Shown here: positions 25,156-37,210 of the stretch, one piece after another
Layout of the letters: each line of letters starts with the position of its first letter
How positions within the stretch are numbered: the stretch's first letter is position 1
Assembly (NCBI GenBank): GCA_000004985.1
Contig: GG738858.1
Length of the DNA: 64,000 bases
Origin: Naegleria gruberi
Lineage: Eukaryota
Strand: one strand, 5' to 3'
Translations under genes and position numbers: made by a program
Notes under the pieces: model-generated
What the model was told of the DNA's origin: nothing
The model's database searches: none
What the model saw: only the letters and a program-made list of their open reading frames with translations

Positions 25156-27541
25156 ATGAGTGCAAACGTTCCAAGAGAAATTCTCAAGTGGATGCAATCA
25201 TTGGACTTGTCGTATTCGATAAAGAATATGAGAAGAGATTTTTCAAATGGTTTTCTTATAGCAGAAATTATTTCTCGATATTTTTCTCAAGAGGTTGAAA
25301 TGCACAGCTTTGATATCGGTGTTGGAGTTAAGGCTAAAATGGATAATTGGCAATTATTAGAAAAATTCTTTAGAAAACATGGACTAAATATTTCAAGAAA
25401 AGTTATTGATGATTTAATTGCATGTAGACCAAATTCTCTGAATGTTGTTTTGGAAGAAGTTTATACATTTCTCACAGAAAAGAGGTAAGTTTTCAGTAAT
25501 AAGAATTTCTTGATCCGAATTTAAAACCAGTGTCAAGAAGGCTAAACCAATCAGACTTCCTACAGTTAATGTACCTAATTTTGCTAAACCAACAGTCTCT
25601 AAAACTAATAAGGATGATGGAAGAGCAGCTGTTTCAAGTTTTGTCATGTCAAAGAGAAATCAAATTTCATCAGCTAAAGGAAATTCATCTAACAATAATA
25701 CTAATAATGAAATACCTTCATTGGAAATTACATTTAGAGATAGTAAATCATCAAGTACTCAACGTTCTAAATCATCAAATCAACAACAACAAATGGCCGC
25801 CACTGCATTATTAGCAAATATTTTCATTGATATGAATGATATTATTGAGGCAGCATCATGTAATGAATCGGATATCATTTCAGAGTATAGATTGGACAGA
25901 GGAAATTTAATTGCATCATTTTTGGAGAAGATTAATTCAATTCCTGTTGAACATTCTGAAGGAATTCTTAATAGTATAAAGGAAAGGATTCCTCTCTATT
26001 CTGAAATGATGTCAGCTCAACCAAAAGATTTTTGGAAGTTTATGAACATTTTCATTCCAGCTGTAAGAAATTCATCTGCAACTGTGTTTCAAATATTGTG
26101 CTCTATTTTAATAACATTGGGTATTGAAATGGTATCGAGAGATCCTGAATCAACTTGGGAAGCTGTTGAAGATTTTGCATTGGATAAATTTGTTGAAACA
26201 ATTTCAACTCAAGCAAGTAAGAGAGAAGAAATTGTTCAAATTGTTTACAGTTTTACAACATCAGATTTCCACACCCATAAGAGAGTGATTTCAAAGTTAG
26301 TTGAAAAATGCTCTAAATACGAGTCACATTTAATAATTCATATCCTAGCTCTTTTGGTAAGACATGAGTCATCTCTTTTAACAATATATGATTCAGGAAA
26401 TGGACCAATTTTCAATGATGATCAAGTTGACTTTTTCGAAGTATACATGAATCATGCTATTAGTGGATTGAGTAATCCATCTCCAAAAGTTAGAGCTTCA
26501 AGTTTATCCATTGTTCATACATTATTATCATATGACGATATTACATTTGATAATAAGAATGAAACAAAATCTAAGAGAGATAATAGTGAAAGTGAAGTCA
26601 ACTTTTCCAATCAACCTTTATTATACATTATGGAAAATTTATGGTCCCAAAGTATTGAACCATTGGAAAATGATAATTGGTGGGAAGTAACAGCTCAATT
26701 AATTGTTTTAACCTCTAAGTGTTTGACACAAGTCAAAAAATTATACATGGTAGATAATATACAAGAGCATGAAGACATCTTGATAGCGTTCTTAGAAAGA
26801 CTGTTAGCTAGAGAATTGAGCTCAACATTGAAGAGTATCATTCTCTCATATGTTAGCTCTCATCTTAAAACATATAGTGACAGATTAACATCTGTTTACC
26901 TTGACATTCTCTTCTCTATAACAGAAGAAGAAAGAGTTGCACTTTTGGAACAACCTTCAAATCATGTTGAATTATTACAAGTTGGAAATAGTCAATACAA
27001 GTTCCCAATCATGAGTATACCATTTGAATGGGACAGTTTAACGGTTGCAAAGGTAGTTTCTGATCAAGTTGTAAATCTAGATCACTTGGAAGTTGAACAT
27101 TACGATGTATTGAATGCTTGTATATCTATAGCACAATTAGATCAACCTGAAGATGATAAGACATTTAAGGATTCATGTCCATCTGAATGGTTGGAGATTT
27201 ATGATCGTCTTCAAAATCACTTCTTTGTTGGATTGGTTGATGAAGAATTGTGCGAGATGGCTGCACAGTTGATAGTTAAATTCTTCTCAGTTTTGAAAAA
27301 GGAAGTTGTTAAATCAATGGCTGCCCAACTTGTTAACTCTATTGAAATAATCTATGGAGGTAACCAATTTGCACACCAACAAGCCATTTTTTCTCAGTTC
27401 TTAATAGACGTCTACTCTTTGGGAAGTCCATTCAGTCAACCATTAATGAAGCTTGCCAGTTCACTCATGGAACAATCGCATCTAACAACAAATCAACATT
27501 TAGGAAAGTTTGTATCCTTTGTGAGGAATAACATGATGTAA
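25156..27541 (+). CDS. SPEF1/CLAMP-type (DUF1042) calponin-homology domain protein with a long C-terminal extension. Two exons: 25156-25484 and 25531-27541, with a 46-nt intron.
   Basis: Exon 1 'MSANVPREILKWMQSLDLSYSIKNMRRDFSNGFLIAEIISRYFSQEVEMHSF...DNWQLL' aligns with the SPEF1 CH domain ('LYLWVDNIPLS...RNLSRDFSDGVLVAEVIKFYFPKMVEMHNY...SNWGHL'). The gtaagt...aaaaccag intron joins in frame to '...VKKAKPIRLPTVNVP...MSKRNQISS...', which is the 25646 ORF. Confidence 0.65.
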
Positions 27542-28643
27542 ATTCATTGTAAATAAAAACAATAAAAACCAAACAAGGTTTAGAAAGTAATACAATGGAA
27601 AAGCATTTCTTAATAAGTCATCATTAATAATTGCCCAAATAAGGACATTTTAGGTTATCACTCTATTAATTTTCGCATTTTACTTTCAAAACCTAAATTT
27701 GATCTTTAAAATCCAAAAATTAAGCAAAGATCCCTTCACCTTACAAGAATGGTAATGCTAGTCCCACACGGTAATATGACCTTAAATTACAGTAGCCAAA
27801 TTAGTCAACTATTAAAAAATTGAGAAAAGATCGGATGGCCCCACTATTCAAAACTGTTTTAAGGATTGATCAATGCATTCACAAGCCTTTTAGGATGCCC
27901 AACTATTTAAACAGTCCAAACACACCACAAGGTTTCCTCAATAGCAACACAGTGTGCACCATTCAACAACTAACAACAACGACTTTAGTAATTGCAGTGG
28001 ATACCCTAAGGTTTACTGATTCTCTACACTATGGAGGTGATTACTCTTAGAAAAATTAACAACACTCAACACACTACTGTTGTTGAATTTAATACACAGA
28101 TACGTTGTGTGTATTCTCCACTTTAACAATATCATCATCAAGATTGGCATCATTTACATTGTTTATCTAATAAGAGTATATTGAATACTAAAATCGATTA
28201 TTACCTATAAAGTATATTAAGGACCAGATTCAACTCAAAAATATATTGTTCTTACTCCCATAAATAATTCTAAGCGTTGAACCTGTCTAAATATAATAGC
28301 CATCAACATCATTTAACTGTTTAGCTATTTAACTACAATACATAAATTCTAGTAAAATAGTAAACTCATCCGAATATTTCATCAGAGTTTACTAATCCTC
28401 TCAAAGCGAATCCTATCCCACACTTGTCAAGATAGATAACACGAGTGCGTGCTTTGTGAATCATCTAGGAACAATTAAGGCAACGCAACAAACTAATAGC
28501 AACATAATTACCTTGTGTGTTCTTGGCGCGCGCAACTTCCTCTGATATCTACAAACAAGGCTTATTCTCTCATTCAAACCCTCAACAAACGCATTGTTGG
28601 TTTTCGTTGGAATAATAACATACATTTATATAATTATTGAAAA

Positions 28644-31356
28644 ATGAGTCGAGTCACACCACTATCACCCTCACAGCAGAGTCAAATAACGCCCTCAACA
28701 ACGACATTATCCTTTAAATCTTCGGATTCTAAGGGTCAACAGATGAATAATTCTGCTAGTACAATTCAAATATTAAATTCAAGACCAATATCAGCATCAG
28801 GTACGCAAAGAAGTAATTCACTTTTTGATGAAACTTACATTACTTCAAACTCTGAATTTGAAGCGGAGAGAATTGATAAACAAATGCCAGTCATGATGAG
28901 ATTAGAATCAGCAGTATTTGAGCCTAAGAAGAATACTTATGATCCAAATCAATTTTCATCAAGTACTTTAAATTTAAATTCTAAAAGTGAAACTAATCTA
29001 TCAACTATGGCTTTAAATGATCCAACTCCATCTGAAACAGGTAGCATTTATTCATTAGCTTCAAGTCCAAGAAGTTTTTATTTTAGTTTTAGATGTTCTT
29101 TATTATGTTCAATGTTTTTTTTAATTATTTCACCAATTTTATTATTATTAGCAATTTCCATAACCTTTTCTTTATTAACTTCAGTTGAAGTTGAAAAACA
29201 AGTTGTTTTATTATCTTTATATAGAGCTGAATTATATGTTTCTGATTTTTTAGATCTAGGAAGGAAATTAACAGTTTTACAAAAACAAATGATTACTGAT
29301 AATTATTATTCCAAGTTTGAAACTGATGATTATTTCAACACTTTTAATAATTACAAATCAATTTTAAAATCACTTGCTGCAGTTCACAAACATAATAAGG
29401 CTTCTTTCTTTTTATTTGATTTTACTTCTCGCAATGCTGATTACATTTATGTAAATACAAAACAAACCGAAACAAGAATTTGGAATTCCAAATTATATGA
29501 TAATCAACAAGAATATTATTACATGTCAAATATTGAATCTTTACCATATTCCAACATTACTAAATATAACTTGACGAAGGATTTAAAATTTGATGTTATT
29601 GGATATATTGAACAAGAATTTTGGAATCCGTTCGCAGAAACATATTTTAAATTATCACAATCGTATGATAAAGCTCTTGTACCAATGTCAGTACAAACAC
29701 AAGGTGCTGACAGTGTTGAAGAACGAGTTTACATTTGTTATCAGGAGAATGTCTATTCTCAAATTAATGAAACAAAATTCCTAGGCGTTACAAGTGCAAA
29801 TGTTGTGGTGAGAGAATTGGCTTCCTTTATTAAGAATTATCATGTTTCAGCAAGAGGTTTTGCACTTGTTGTAGAAATGAATTATGATCAAGAATCAAAT
29901 ACATTGAAAAAGAGAATGGTTGCCTATAAAGATTATAATCAATTGGCAAAGAAAGATCCAGAAAGTACAGGTGGTTATAAAATACCAGACGCAGAAGAAA
30001 TTGAAGATTTGTTTTTAAGATTTGTTATCACACAGATTATACCTAATAATGTTCATGATGTGAATATCAAATCAGAAGAATTGTTTAGATTCATGTATGG
30101 AGGTGAATCTTATTTAATGGCTTTTAAGATTGTTTCATCTTCAAAAGATTTAAACATGCAATGGTTGACTATTATTTGTGCTCCTGAAATTGGTATGTTT
30201 TTTTATTATCAAAAATTGAATCATATTTGAAATGTATATTGTTGAATTGTGTAATATAGATTTTATTGGTAATTTACTTTTATTAACAGGTCTTAATATT
30301 GGTGTTAGTATATTAGCATTCTGTTTTTCAATGGTATTTGTATTCTATTTTGCCTCTTCAATTTCTAAACCATTATTATATTTCTCATCTGAGAGTAAAG
30401 CCATTTCAAATCTTAAAGTACATCGTGGAGGAATTATCAAGACTAGAATTCGTGAAATTTTACTTTTATCTGAAGCTTTTGAAAAGATGAAGACAACATT
30501 GAGATCATTTATGAGATTTGTTCCTCGTCAATTAATTGTGGAAATGGTAGAAAAGGGAATTGAAATGAAATTAGGTGGTCATATTCATGAAAATATTACA
30601 ATTTTATTTTCAGATGTTGAAGACTTTACAACATGGAGTGAAAAATTAGAACCACAATTTTTAATTAGACATGTTTCTGAATATTTCCATGTCATGACAG
30701 AAGAAATTGTGAATGAAGAAGGTACACTTGATAAATATATAGGTGATGCAGTAATGGCATTCTGGGGAGCTCCTAATTTTATGTATGACACTTCAATGAG
30801 AGCTTGTAGAGCTGCTATTAAATGTCAAGAAAGAATGGACAAGTTGAGAAAAATATGGGAGAAACAAAACAAACCTTTATTTAAATGTAGAATTGGATTA
30901 CATACTGGTTCATGTATTATTGGTAATATTGGTTCTTTATGGAGATTAAATTATACTGCTTTGGGTGATTCTGTTAATTTAGCATCAAGATTGGAAGGTC
31001 AAAATAAGTTTTATGGAACTGAAATTTTAATTAGTCAAGATACTTATAAGAATGTTGCTAGTAGTTTTAATTGTAGAAGAATTGATACAGTTGGTGTAAA
31101 GGGTAAATCGGTTGGTATTACTATTTATGAATTAATTTCAAGAAAGGAAGAAACTATACCAAATCCTAAAATTGAAACACGTTTGAAATTAACTCCAATT
31201 TATGAATCTGCACTTGCTGAATATCAATTAGGAAGATTTACTGAAGCACTTAAATTGTTAATGACAAGATGTCAAGATATTGATTGTAATGACTTGGCTA
31301 CTCAAACGTTAATTGATAGATGTAAAGAATACATTCAATATCCACCATATAATTGA
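28644..31356 (+). CDS. Receptor-type class III adenylyl/guanylyl cyclase with ACG-like architecture: TM, about 340-aa extracellular sensor region, TM, cyclase catalytic domain. Two exons: 28644-30192 and 30290-31356.
   Basis: TM1 is 'FYFSFRCSLLCSMFFLIISPILLLLAISITFSLL'. The intron runs gtatgtt...ttaacag (30193-30289). TM2 is 'GLNIGVSILAFCFSMVFVFYFASSI'. Catalytic motifs: 'ITILFSDVEDFTTWSE', 'LDKYIGDAVMAFWGAP', 'RIGLHTGSCIIGNIG', 'GDSVNLASRLEG'. Total about 870 aa, similar to Dictyostelium ACG (858 aa). The CHASE-type identity of the ectodomain is inferred from architecture only. Confidence 0.75.
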
Positions 31357-31556
31357 ATGAAAAGTAAAAATATGTTCAATTTCTATGATAATCAATCTCT
31401 AGGTCAATACTTGTGAGATTACAATTAATTTCGGGCTTTACCTCGCTAGAAAGTGATCCGAGTTAACACAGTAAAAAATGATTTCCAATTCATCTCCAAT
31501 TTATTACAGCAAAATAAGCGTTCCACACTATTGAGAAAAAGCCTTGATCAAAAAAA

Positions 31557-32405
31557 ATGTCAACAACAACAACAATTAACAATATGGAAGTTAGCAAAAC
31601 TGCCCGCACTGTAATGATTGTTTGTATGCTATTGATGGGTATGACACTCATTCATGGCGCAACAACAGCCATTCAACTTAAAAGTTCAGGTGATACTGTG
31701 ACTGGATCCGTCAGCAAGGGAATTATGAATATGTATTATATTAATGTTGATAGTGTTAGTTCAATGTCTGTCCAATTCACCAACACTTATTCATCATCAT
31801 CTGTTAATGTTTATATCAAAGCTAATCAACCACCAACTACCTATAATTATGATAGTATTATTACCTATCCAGGTGTTTCAAAGAGTATTATTACATTGAA
31901 GAATTCAACTCTCACTCAACCATATTATATTGGTGTTTATGGTCTTGGTAGTTCTACTAATTATTATACTTTACAAGTTAGTGTCATCTCTGGACAAGAT
32001 ATTGCCAATTGGGTTATTGGTGTTATTGTTGCTGGTAAGTTGTTATCTTTACATTGATCTAATATCATACTCCTTTTTCATCTTTTCATACTAATCATCA
32101 TCATCTATTTAGCTGTTATTATCACCATTTTGTGTGCTGTTGCTGCTGTATTAATTCCAATCTTGATTTGTTGTGGTGTTCTCAGTTGCACAGTTTGTTG
32201 TGGAGCCGCAGCAGGTGCAGCAGCTGGATCAGCTGGATCATCAGGAACCTATCAACAAATTCATCACAATCATACCAATCATGTTCATCATTCTATTTCT
32301 CAACCAATTGCTCAACAACCAACTACTTATTATTCTGGTCAACAACCACCACAACAACAACAATACTATCCACAACCAACTTCTGCTAATTATCAAAAGG
32401 TTTAA
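31557..32405 (+). CDS. Single-pass membrane protein with a Cys-rich TM/juxtamembrane region and a His/Gln/Pro-rich cytoplasmic tail. Two exons: 31557-32034 and 32113-32405.
   Basis: Signal/anchor 'TVMIVCMLLMGMTLIHGA', a 130-aa ectodomain, then intron gtaagt...atttag. Then 'AVIITILCAVAAVLIPILICCGVLSCTVCCGAAAGAAAGS...QQPPQQQQYYPQPTSANYQKV*'. Confidence 0.55.
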
Positions 32406-32574
32406 ATTATTAATTTATTAAAATTGATTATAAATCTAGATTTGTTATTTTCATCTTCTATTATTGTTAACCCTAATTTTCGATTATTTTCTATTGAAAA
32501 AGGCTTTTCATATCATTGCCAAATAATTCCATTAATTTATCACTCTTTTCACTTTGTGTGAGTTGAGAAAGAAT

Positions 32575-32931
32575 TTATTCTTCTCCATCATCATCATCCT
32601 CATCATCTTCATCTTGTTGACTATTCTTAATGTAGGTATTGAATTTAGGAATGGCAATAAAATAGGCTGAAGAAATAAACAAGGCAGTGAATGCTATCAC
32701 TCTCCTTCCGAATGAATCATTCCACATCTTTCCAATATTCAATGCTAATTTCTGGAGACGAGTGAGTGGAACTTCATTAGGCTTTGAAGATGTTGGTTTG
32801 ATAGGATTGAAATTATTCTTCCTTCCTAGAAAAGATACAATCTTATTAGTGGTTGGTGTTGATGAATTAATTGGTTCACTGTTTCCGAGGAGTGTATTAT
32901 TATTACTAGGTTTCTTTTCCGTCGTCGACAT
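32575..32931 (-). CDS. Small (118 aa) tail-anchored-type protein with an acidic C-terminal tail (DEDDEDDDDGEE).
   Basis: ATG at 32929-32931. Single predicted TM 'VIAFTALFISSAYFIAI' near the C-terminus. Function is not assignable from the sequence. Confidence 0.45.
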   Translation of the reverse strand: MSTTEKKPSNNNTLLGNSEPINSSTPTTNKIVSFLGRKNNFNPIKPTSSKPNEVPLTRLQKLALNIGKMWNDSFGRRVIAFTALFISSAYFIAIPKFNTYIKNSQQDEDDEDDDDGEE

Positions 32932-33133
32932 TGATTATGAAGTAGAAAGAAAATTTAAATAATTTAAAGTAATTTGATGATTTTTTAATAAATGAATTGA
33001 AATAATATTTGTTGAAGGCTTTTTTAAAAAATTTTGAATATTTAAAAAAATAGCCTTTAAACTTGTGCAAGGAGCCTTTTTGTATTTTATCTCAAAACTT
33101 TGATTAAAAGTCTATTTCGGAATTGCATTAAAA

Positions 33134-35410
33134 ATGAAAAGAACATTAGAAGAAGGTTCAGAAGAACAATCTAAAAAACTCAAGATTGCCCAAGATAAGA
33201 ATCCACTCTCACCATATTGTGATGAAGAAAGTTCTGTTGGTATTAGTAAATATGTTGATGTAATTTTAAACGGAGATTCATTGGATATTTCTTTACCTCC
33301 ATTCACTGGTATTATGAAACAAAGATTTAGTGATTTTATTGTTCATGAAATTGATAGAAATGGAAAGGTTATTTATTTGACAAGTACAGAAATTCCTGAG
33401 AGTATCAAGGATAAAAGATCAAAGGATATTGATTTGGATCCAGAAGCTAAAAAGGAAAATGAAAGAAAAGGAATTGAAGAATTTAAATCAATTATTTCTG
33501 ATCAAACAATTGTTGCTGGTATTGAAGATTTCTTACAAAAGCATCAAGAAACTGAAGATTCACTTGTTGAAATTGTTAAACAAAGAAAAAAGATTGAAGA
33601 AGCTGATGTTCCAACACATTTAATTAAAGAAAATGATAAGAATAATAGATCAAAGATTCACAACATTATCAAGGAACATTTCAGTCATGTTATGGTTTCA
33701 GATACTTTAAATAAGGATAATGATCAATATGTTAGATTGAGATATCAATTCCAAAGTTTCACTCTTCAAACTTTATTCTTGAATAATCAAAATAATAGTA
33801 AAGCCAAGAAGAGAGAAAAGAGAGATAACAAAAAGAAGGGAGGAAGAAGAGAACAAAATAATCCAGCAACTCAATCATATTTCGATCCAAGACAATTTGC
33901 TTGGCCAAAAGAAAGACCAAATTATATTCAATTTGTTTTATATAAGGAAAATAGTGAAACCACTGAAATTATTGGTGAAATGTGTAGAATTTTGAAATTG
34001 AAACAAAAGAATTTCCAAATTGCAGGTACAAAAGATAAGAGAGGCATCACAACTCAAAGAGTTACTGGTTATCAAATTAGTGCTGAAAAATTAATGCAAG
34101 TTAATCAAAAATGTCACAAAATGGTTAAAGTTGGTAATTTTGAATATGTTGACAGACCATTGAAACTTGGTGATTTGAGTGGTAACAGATTTACACTTGT
34201 TTTAAGAGATTTAAAAATTCCAGAAGGAAGTCCATTTTCAAATAGAAATGTTGAAGATATTTTCAGAGAAAGAATTGAACAACTTAACAAGTATGGTTAT
34301 ATCAATTATTTTGGTATGCAAAGATTTGGTATTACTTACAATAGTGTTAAGAGAGAATATCATAGTGATTATCCAACTCATTTATTGGGTCAACATCTTT
34401 TGAAATCCAATTGGAAAACTTTAGCTAAAATTATTTTAATTGCTGGTATTCAAAATGTCAGAGATCAACGTGCTAAACAAACAATTATTGATTTTACAGA
34501 AGGAAAGATTTCAGCTGAACAATGTTATAATTCACTTCCAAAATTCAAATTTAATACTGAAAAGATCATGTTGAATTCCTATGTGAAAACATCTGAAAAT
34601 GATCATTTGGCAGCAATTCAAGCATTACCAATGAATTTATTATCCATGTATATTCATGCCTATCAATCACTTGTATATAATCATATGGTTTCATTGAGAA
34701 TTGAAAAATATGGATTGAAAGTTGTTGTTGGAGATATTGTTGTTTCTAGAAGTGAATTAAAGAGTTGTGAAGATCCAAAATTAACATTTGAAAGTCCAAT
34801 TACTAGAATTGAAACTGAAGAACAAGCTCAAAAATACAATATTGAAGATGTTGTAATGAGTATTCCAGGTTATGATATTCAATTCCCATCCACTGAATTT
34901 GTTAATAAGGAAACTTATTATAAATTCATGTTAGAAAATGGTGGAATTACTGAAGAAGATTATAAGAAACATCTTTCACAATATAGAACATTTGGTGCCT
35001 ATCGTTTCATGATTGAAAAAGCAAAAGATATTGAATTTGAATTTAAAGATTACAATCCAGAAACAAACAAATTAGTTGAAACTGATTATGATAATAACAT
35101 TACAAAGAAACCTTTGGAACAAATTCCATGTGAAAATACCAAAAAGGCAGCTATTATTTCCTTCTCTCTCAACTCTTCCAATTATGCAACCATGTTCGTT
35201 CGTGAACTAATTCGTCTTCCATCTGTTATTGATTGGAAATGGATTGAAAGTAATGGAAATCCACAACAACAAGAAGAACAACAAGAACAAGAACAAACAA
35301 ATGAAGATGATGAAGTTAATGATGAAGAACAATCACTTGCTACTGAACAAGATCATGATGAAACCAATCCACAAGAAGATGTTATTGCTGATGCTAATAT
35401 GTGTGAATAA
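33134..35410 (+). CDS. Pseudouridine synthase of the Pus7/TruD family. 758 aa, single exon.
   Basis: TruD catalytic motif 'FQIAGTKDKRGITTQRVTGY'. TruD-family blocks 'RFSDFIVHEID', 'YINYFGMQRFG'. Acidic Gln/Glu-rich C-terminus. Confidence 0.85.
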   Translation: MKRTLEEGSEEQSKKLKIAQDKNPLSPYCDEESSVGISKYVDVILNGDSLDISLPPFTGIMKQRFSDFIVHEIDRNGKVIYLTSTEIPESIKDKRSKDIDLDPEAKKENERKGIEEFKSIISDQTIVAGIEDFLQKHQETEDSLVEIVKQRKKIEEADVPTHLIKENDKNNRSKIHNIIKEHFSHVMVSDTLNKDNDQYVRLRYQFQSFTLQTLFLNNQNNSKAKKREKRDNKKKGGRREQNNPATQSYFDPRQFAWPKERPNYIQFVLYKENSETTEIIGEMCRILKLKQKNFQIAGTKDKRGITTQRVTGYQISAEKLMQVNQKCHKMVKVGNFEYVDRPLKLGDLSGNRFTLVLRDLKIPEGSPFSNRNVEDIFRERIEQLNKYGYINYFGMQRFGITYNSVKREYHSDYPTHLLGQHLLKSNWKTLAKIILIAGIQNVRDQRAKQTIIDFTEGKISAEQCYNSLPKFKFNTEKIMLNSYVKTSENDHLAAIQALPMNLLSMYIHAYQSLVYNHMVSLRIEKYGLKVVVGDIVVSRSELKSCEDPKLTFESPITRIETEEQAQKYNIEDVVMSIPGYDIQFPSTEFVNKETYYKFMLENGGITEEDYKKHLSQYRTFGAYRFMIEKAKDIEFEFKDYNPETNKLVETDYDNNITKKPLEQIPCENTKKAAIISFSLNSSNYATMFVRELIRLPSVIDWKWIESNGNPQQQEEQQEQEQTNEDDEVNDEEQSLATEQDHDETNPQEDVIADANMCE

Positions 35411-35700
35411 ATTGGTGGTCCACAATAAACCCTTACTTTATTCGATACAGACAAGTGATTCGAATGACGTTAGAAAAAAAAATATCAAACATTAAAACAT
35501 TTGTTAGAAGAAACAAGTAGAAGAAACAATAAAAAAACCAGAATCCTGAATCCATAATAGCATTTATTAATGGGGAATATTCTATCATCACTAACATTAT
35601 CATCATATCATCATCAACATGTTGATTCATCACTATCATCAATAACTACAACAACTACAACAACTATCAATACAAATATCATACATCATCACTATCATCA

Positions 35701-36996
35701 ATGGTTGAATTATCGGAGAAGGATGTAATTGCAATTGCAGTTTCATCAAGTGTTGGTGGAGTTTGTTTATTTTCCCTTCTACTCTCTGTCACTGTCTATT
35801 CTATTTATTTATATAGGAGAAGAAGGACAAGTCAACAACAACAACAACAACAACAATCTATACCATCAATGACAACACCTCTATTACAAAATAATAGTAA
35901 TAATTTAAATAATAATAATTCAAATAATTTAAATAATTTAAATAATTCAAATAATTCGAATAATTTAAAAAAACAAGTAAATTTACAAATAATTAAAGAA
36001 GGTATTATAAAATCATGTATTCAAGATAAAGAAGGAATACTTGTTAAAAGTTCTATTGCTAAAGATTTACCAAGATTAGTAAAAAAGACAATTTTATATT
36101 TTAATGGAAATGAAACATTTTCAAATATGGAACCAACAGTTAAATCATCACCAAGTAAAGGAGCAGAAGGTGATATTAATTTTGTTTGTTGTAAATTCCT
36201 TGCAGAGTTATCAAAATGTGTTAATGGTTCACAAAATGGAGTTATGGAGCTATCACAACAAGATGATCAACATTCCTCTTATGGAAGTAATACAAGTAGT
36301 TCATCACATTATAGTTTATTAGCAGTTAAAGGAGATTTAGATATTATTGATACGAGTATGAATGATCCAATGATTGATTTTAAAAGAAGATCAACAAGAA
36401 TGTTAATGAATACTTTGAATAACATTTCGAATAGAACAAATAGTCCAGATTCTTCCTCAATGATTAATGTTCAAAATTTTGAAACATTTTCAATCTTTTT
36501 AAAAGAAGTTTTTGGAGAACAATCACCAGTTGTTAACATTCTCAAATTGTGTAGTCAAACTGCTCTATTCGAAGGTTTAAATCAATTGAGACCTGCACTA
36601 ATGGATGTTGGAATAATGTTTAAGGATTTTAGAGGTAAAAATTGGACAGTTAAGATTTATACAAATAATCATGAACATTATCTTCAACAACAACAAATGA
36701 TACTTCCAATAGTTGAAGAGTCAAATTCTCCTTCTATAAATGGAGAATTGGAAGATAATTTTGAATTGCCAACTATAATTCATGAAAGAATTGAACAAGT
36801 AATTAACATGCAATTACAAAATTTATTTACATTTACTTATCAATTACAAATTGTAATGGATGAACATTTTCAATCAGTTCATCGAGTTCAATACAAGTTA
36901 TTGTCAATTGATTTTTCCAAATCAAATTTCCAATCAAGCGAAAAAGAAGAATATGAAGAAAAAATCAAATCTGTTTTTCAAAATGTGAAATTTTAA
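35701..36996 (+). CDS. Hypothetical N-terminally membrane-anchored protein (431 aa) with a poly-Gln/Asn linker.
   Basis: Intact ORF from ATG. Contains 'VSSSVGGVCLFSLLLSVTVYSIYLYRRRR' (signal-anchor) and a (caa)n-encoded Q9 tract. Confidence 0.5.
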   Translation: MVELSEKDVIAIAVSSSVGGVCLFSLLLSVTVYSIYLYRRRRTSQQQQQQQQSIPSMTTPLLQNNSNNLNNNNSNNLNNLNNSNNSNNLKKQVNLQIIKEGIIKSCIQDKEGILVKSSIAKDLPRLVKKTILYFNGNETFSNMEPTVKSSPSKGAEGDINFVCCKFLAELSKCVNGSQNGVMELSQQDDQHSSYGSNTSSSSHYSLLAVKGDLDIIDTSMNDPMIDFKRRSTRMLMNTLNNISNRTNSPDSSSMINVQNFETFSIFLKEVFGEQSPVVNILKLCSQTALFEGLNQLRPALMDVGIMFKDFRGKNWTVKIYTNNHEHYLQQQQMILPIVEESNSPSINGELEDNFELPTIIHERIEQVINMQLQNLFTFTYQLQIVMDEHFQSVHRVQYKLLSIDFSKSNFQSSEKEEYEEKIKSVFQNVKF

Positions 36997-37210
36997 GAGA
37001 ATTTTTGTAAACTATCAAATAAACTAAACCTAGGTTTTCTAATACTTATTCTAATTACATTCATTACTTAGTGGAAGCCATGTTTTGACGTTTAATTTGA
37101 TTTGTTGATTGTTGAGAAAAACTGTTGTGCATTCGTGAATACTTAATTTCATTTAAGAAAGTAAGTGCACTAAATTGAGTTTAAAAGATCAGTCATCAAA
37201 TGCTAATTGC

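Noticed and set aside
27820-28050. 76-aa ORF in the upstream region of the cyclase gene
   Set aside because: Isolated, with no recognisable domain and composition unlike neighbouring coding sequence. Probably promoter or UTR.
32130-32421. Three overlapping ORFs 32130-32405, 32132-32389 and 32173-32421
   Set aside because: Only the 32113-32405 frame continues exon 1 of the membrane protein (TM plus Cys-rich segment). The others are alternative-frame readings of the same exon.
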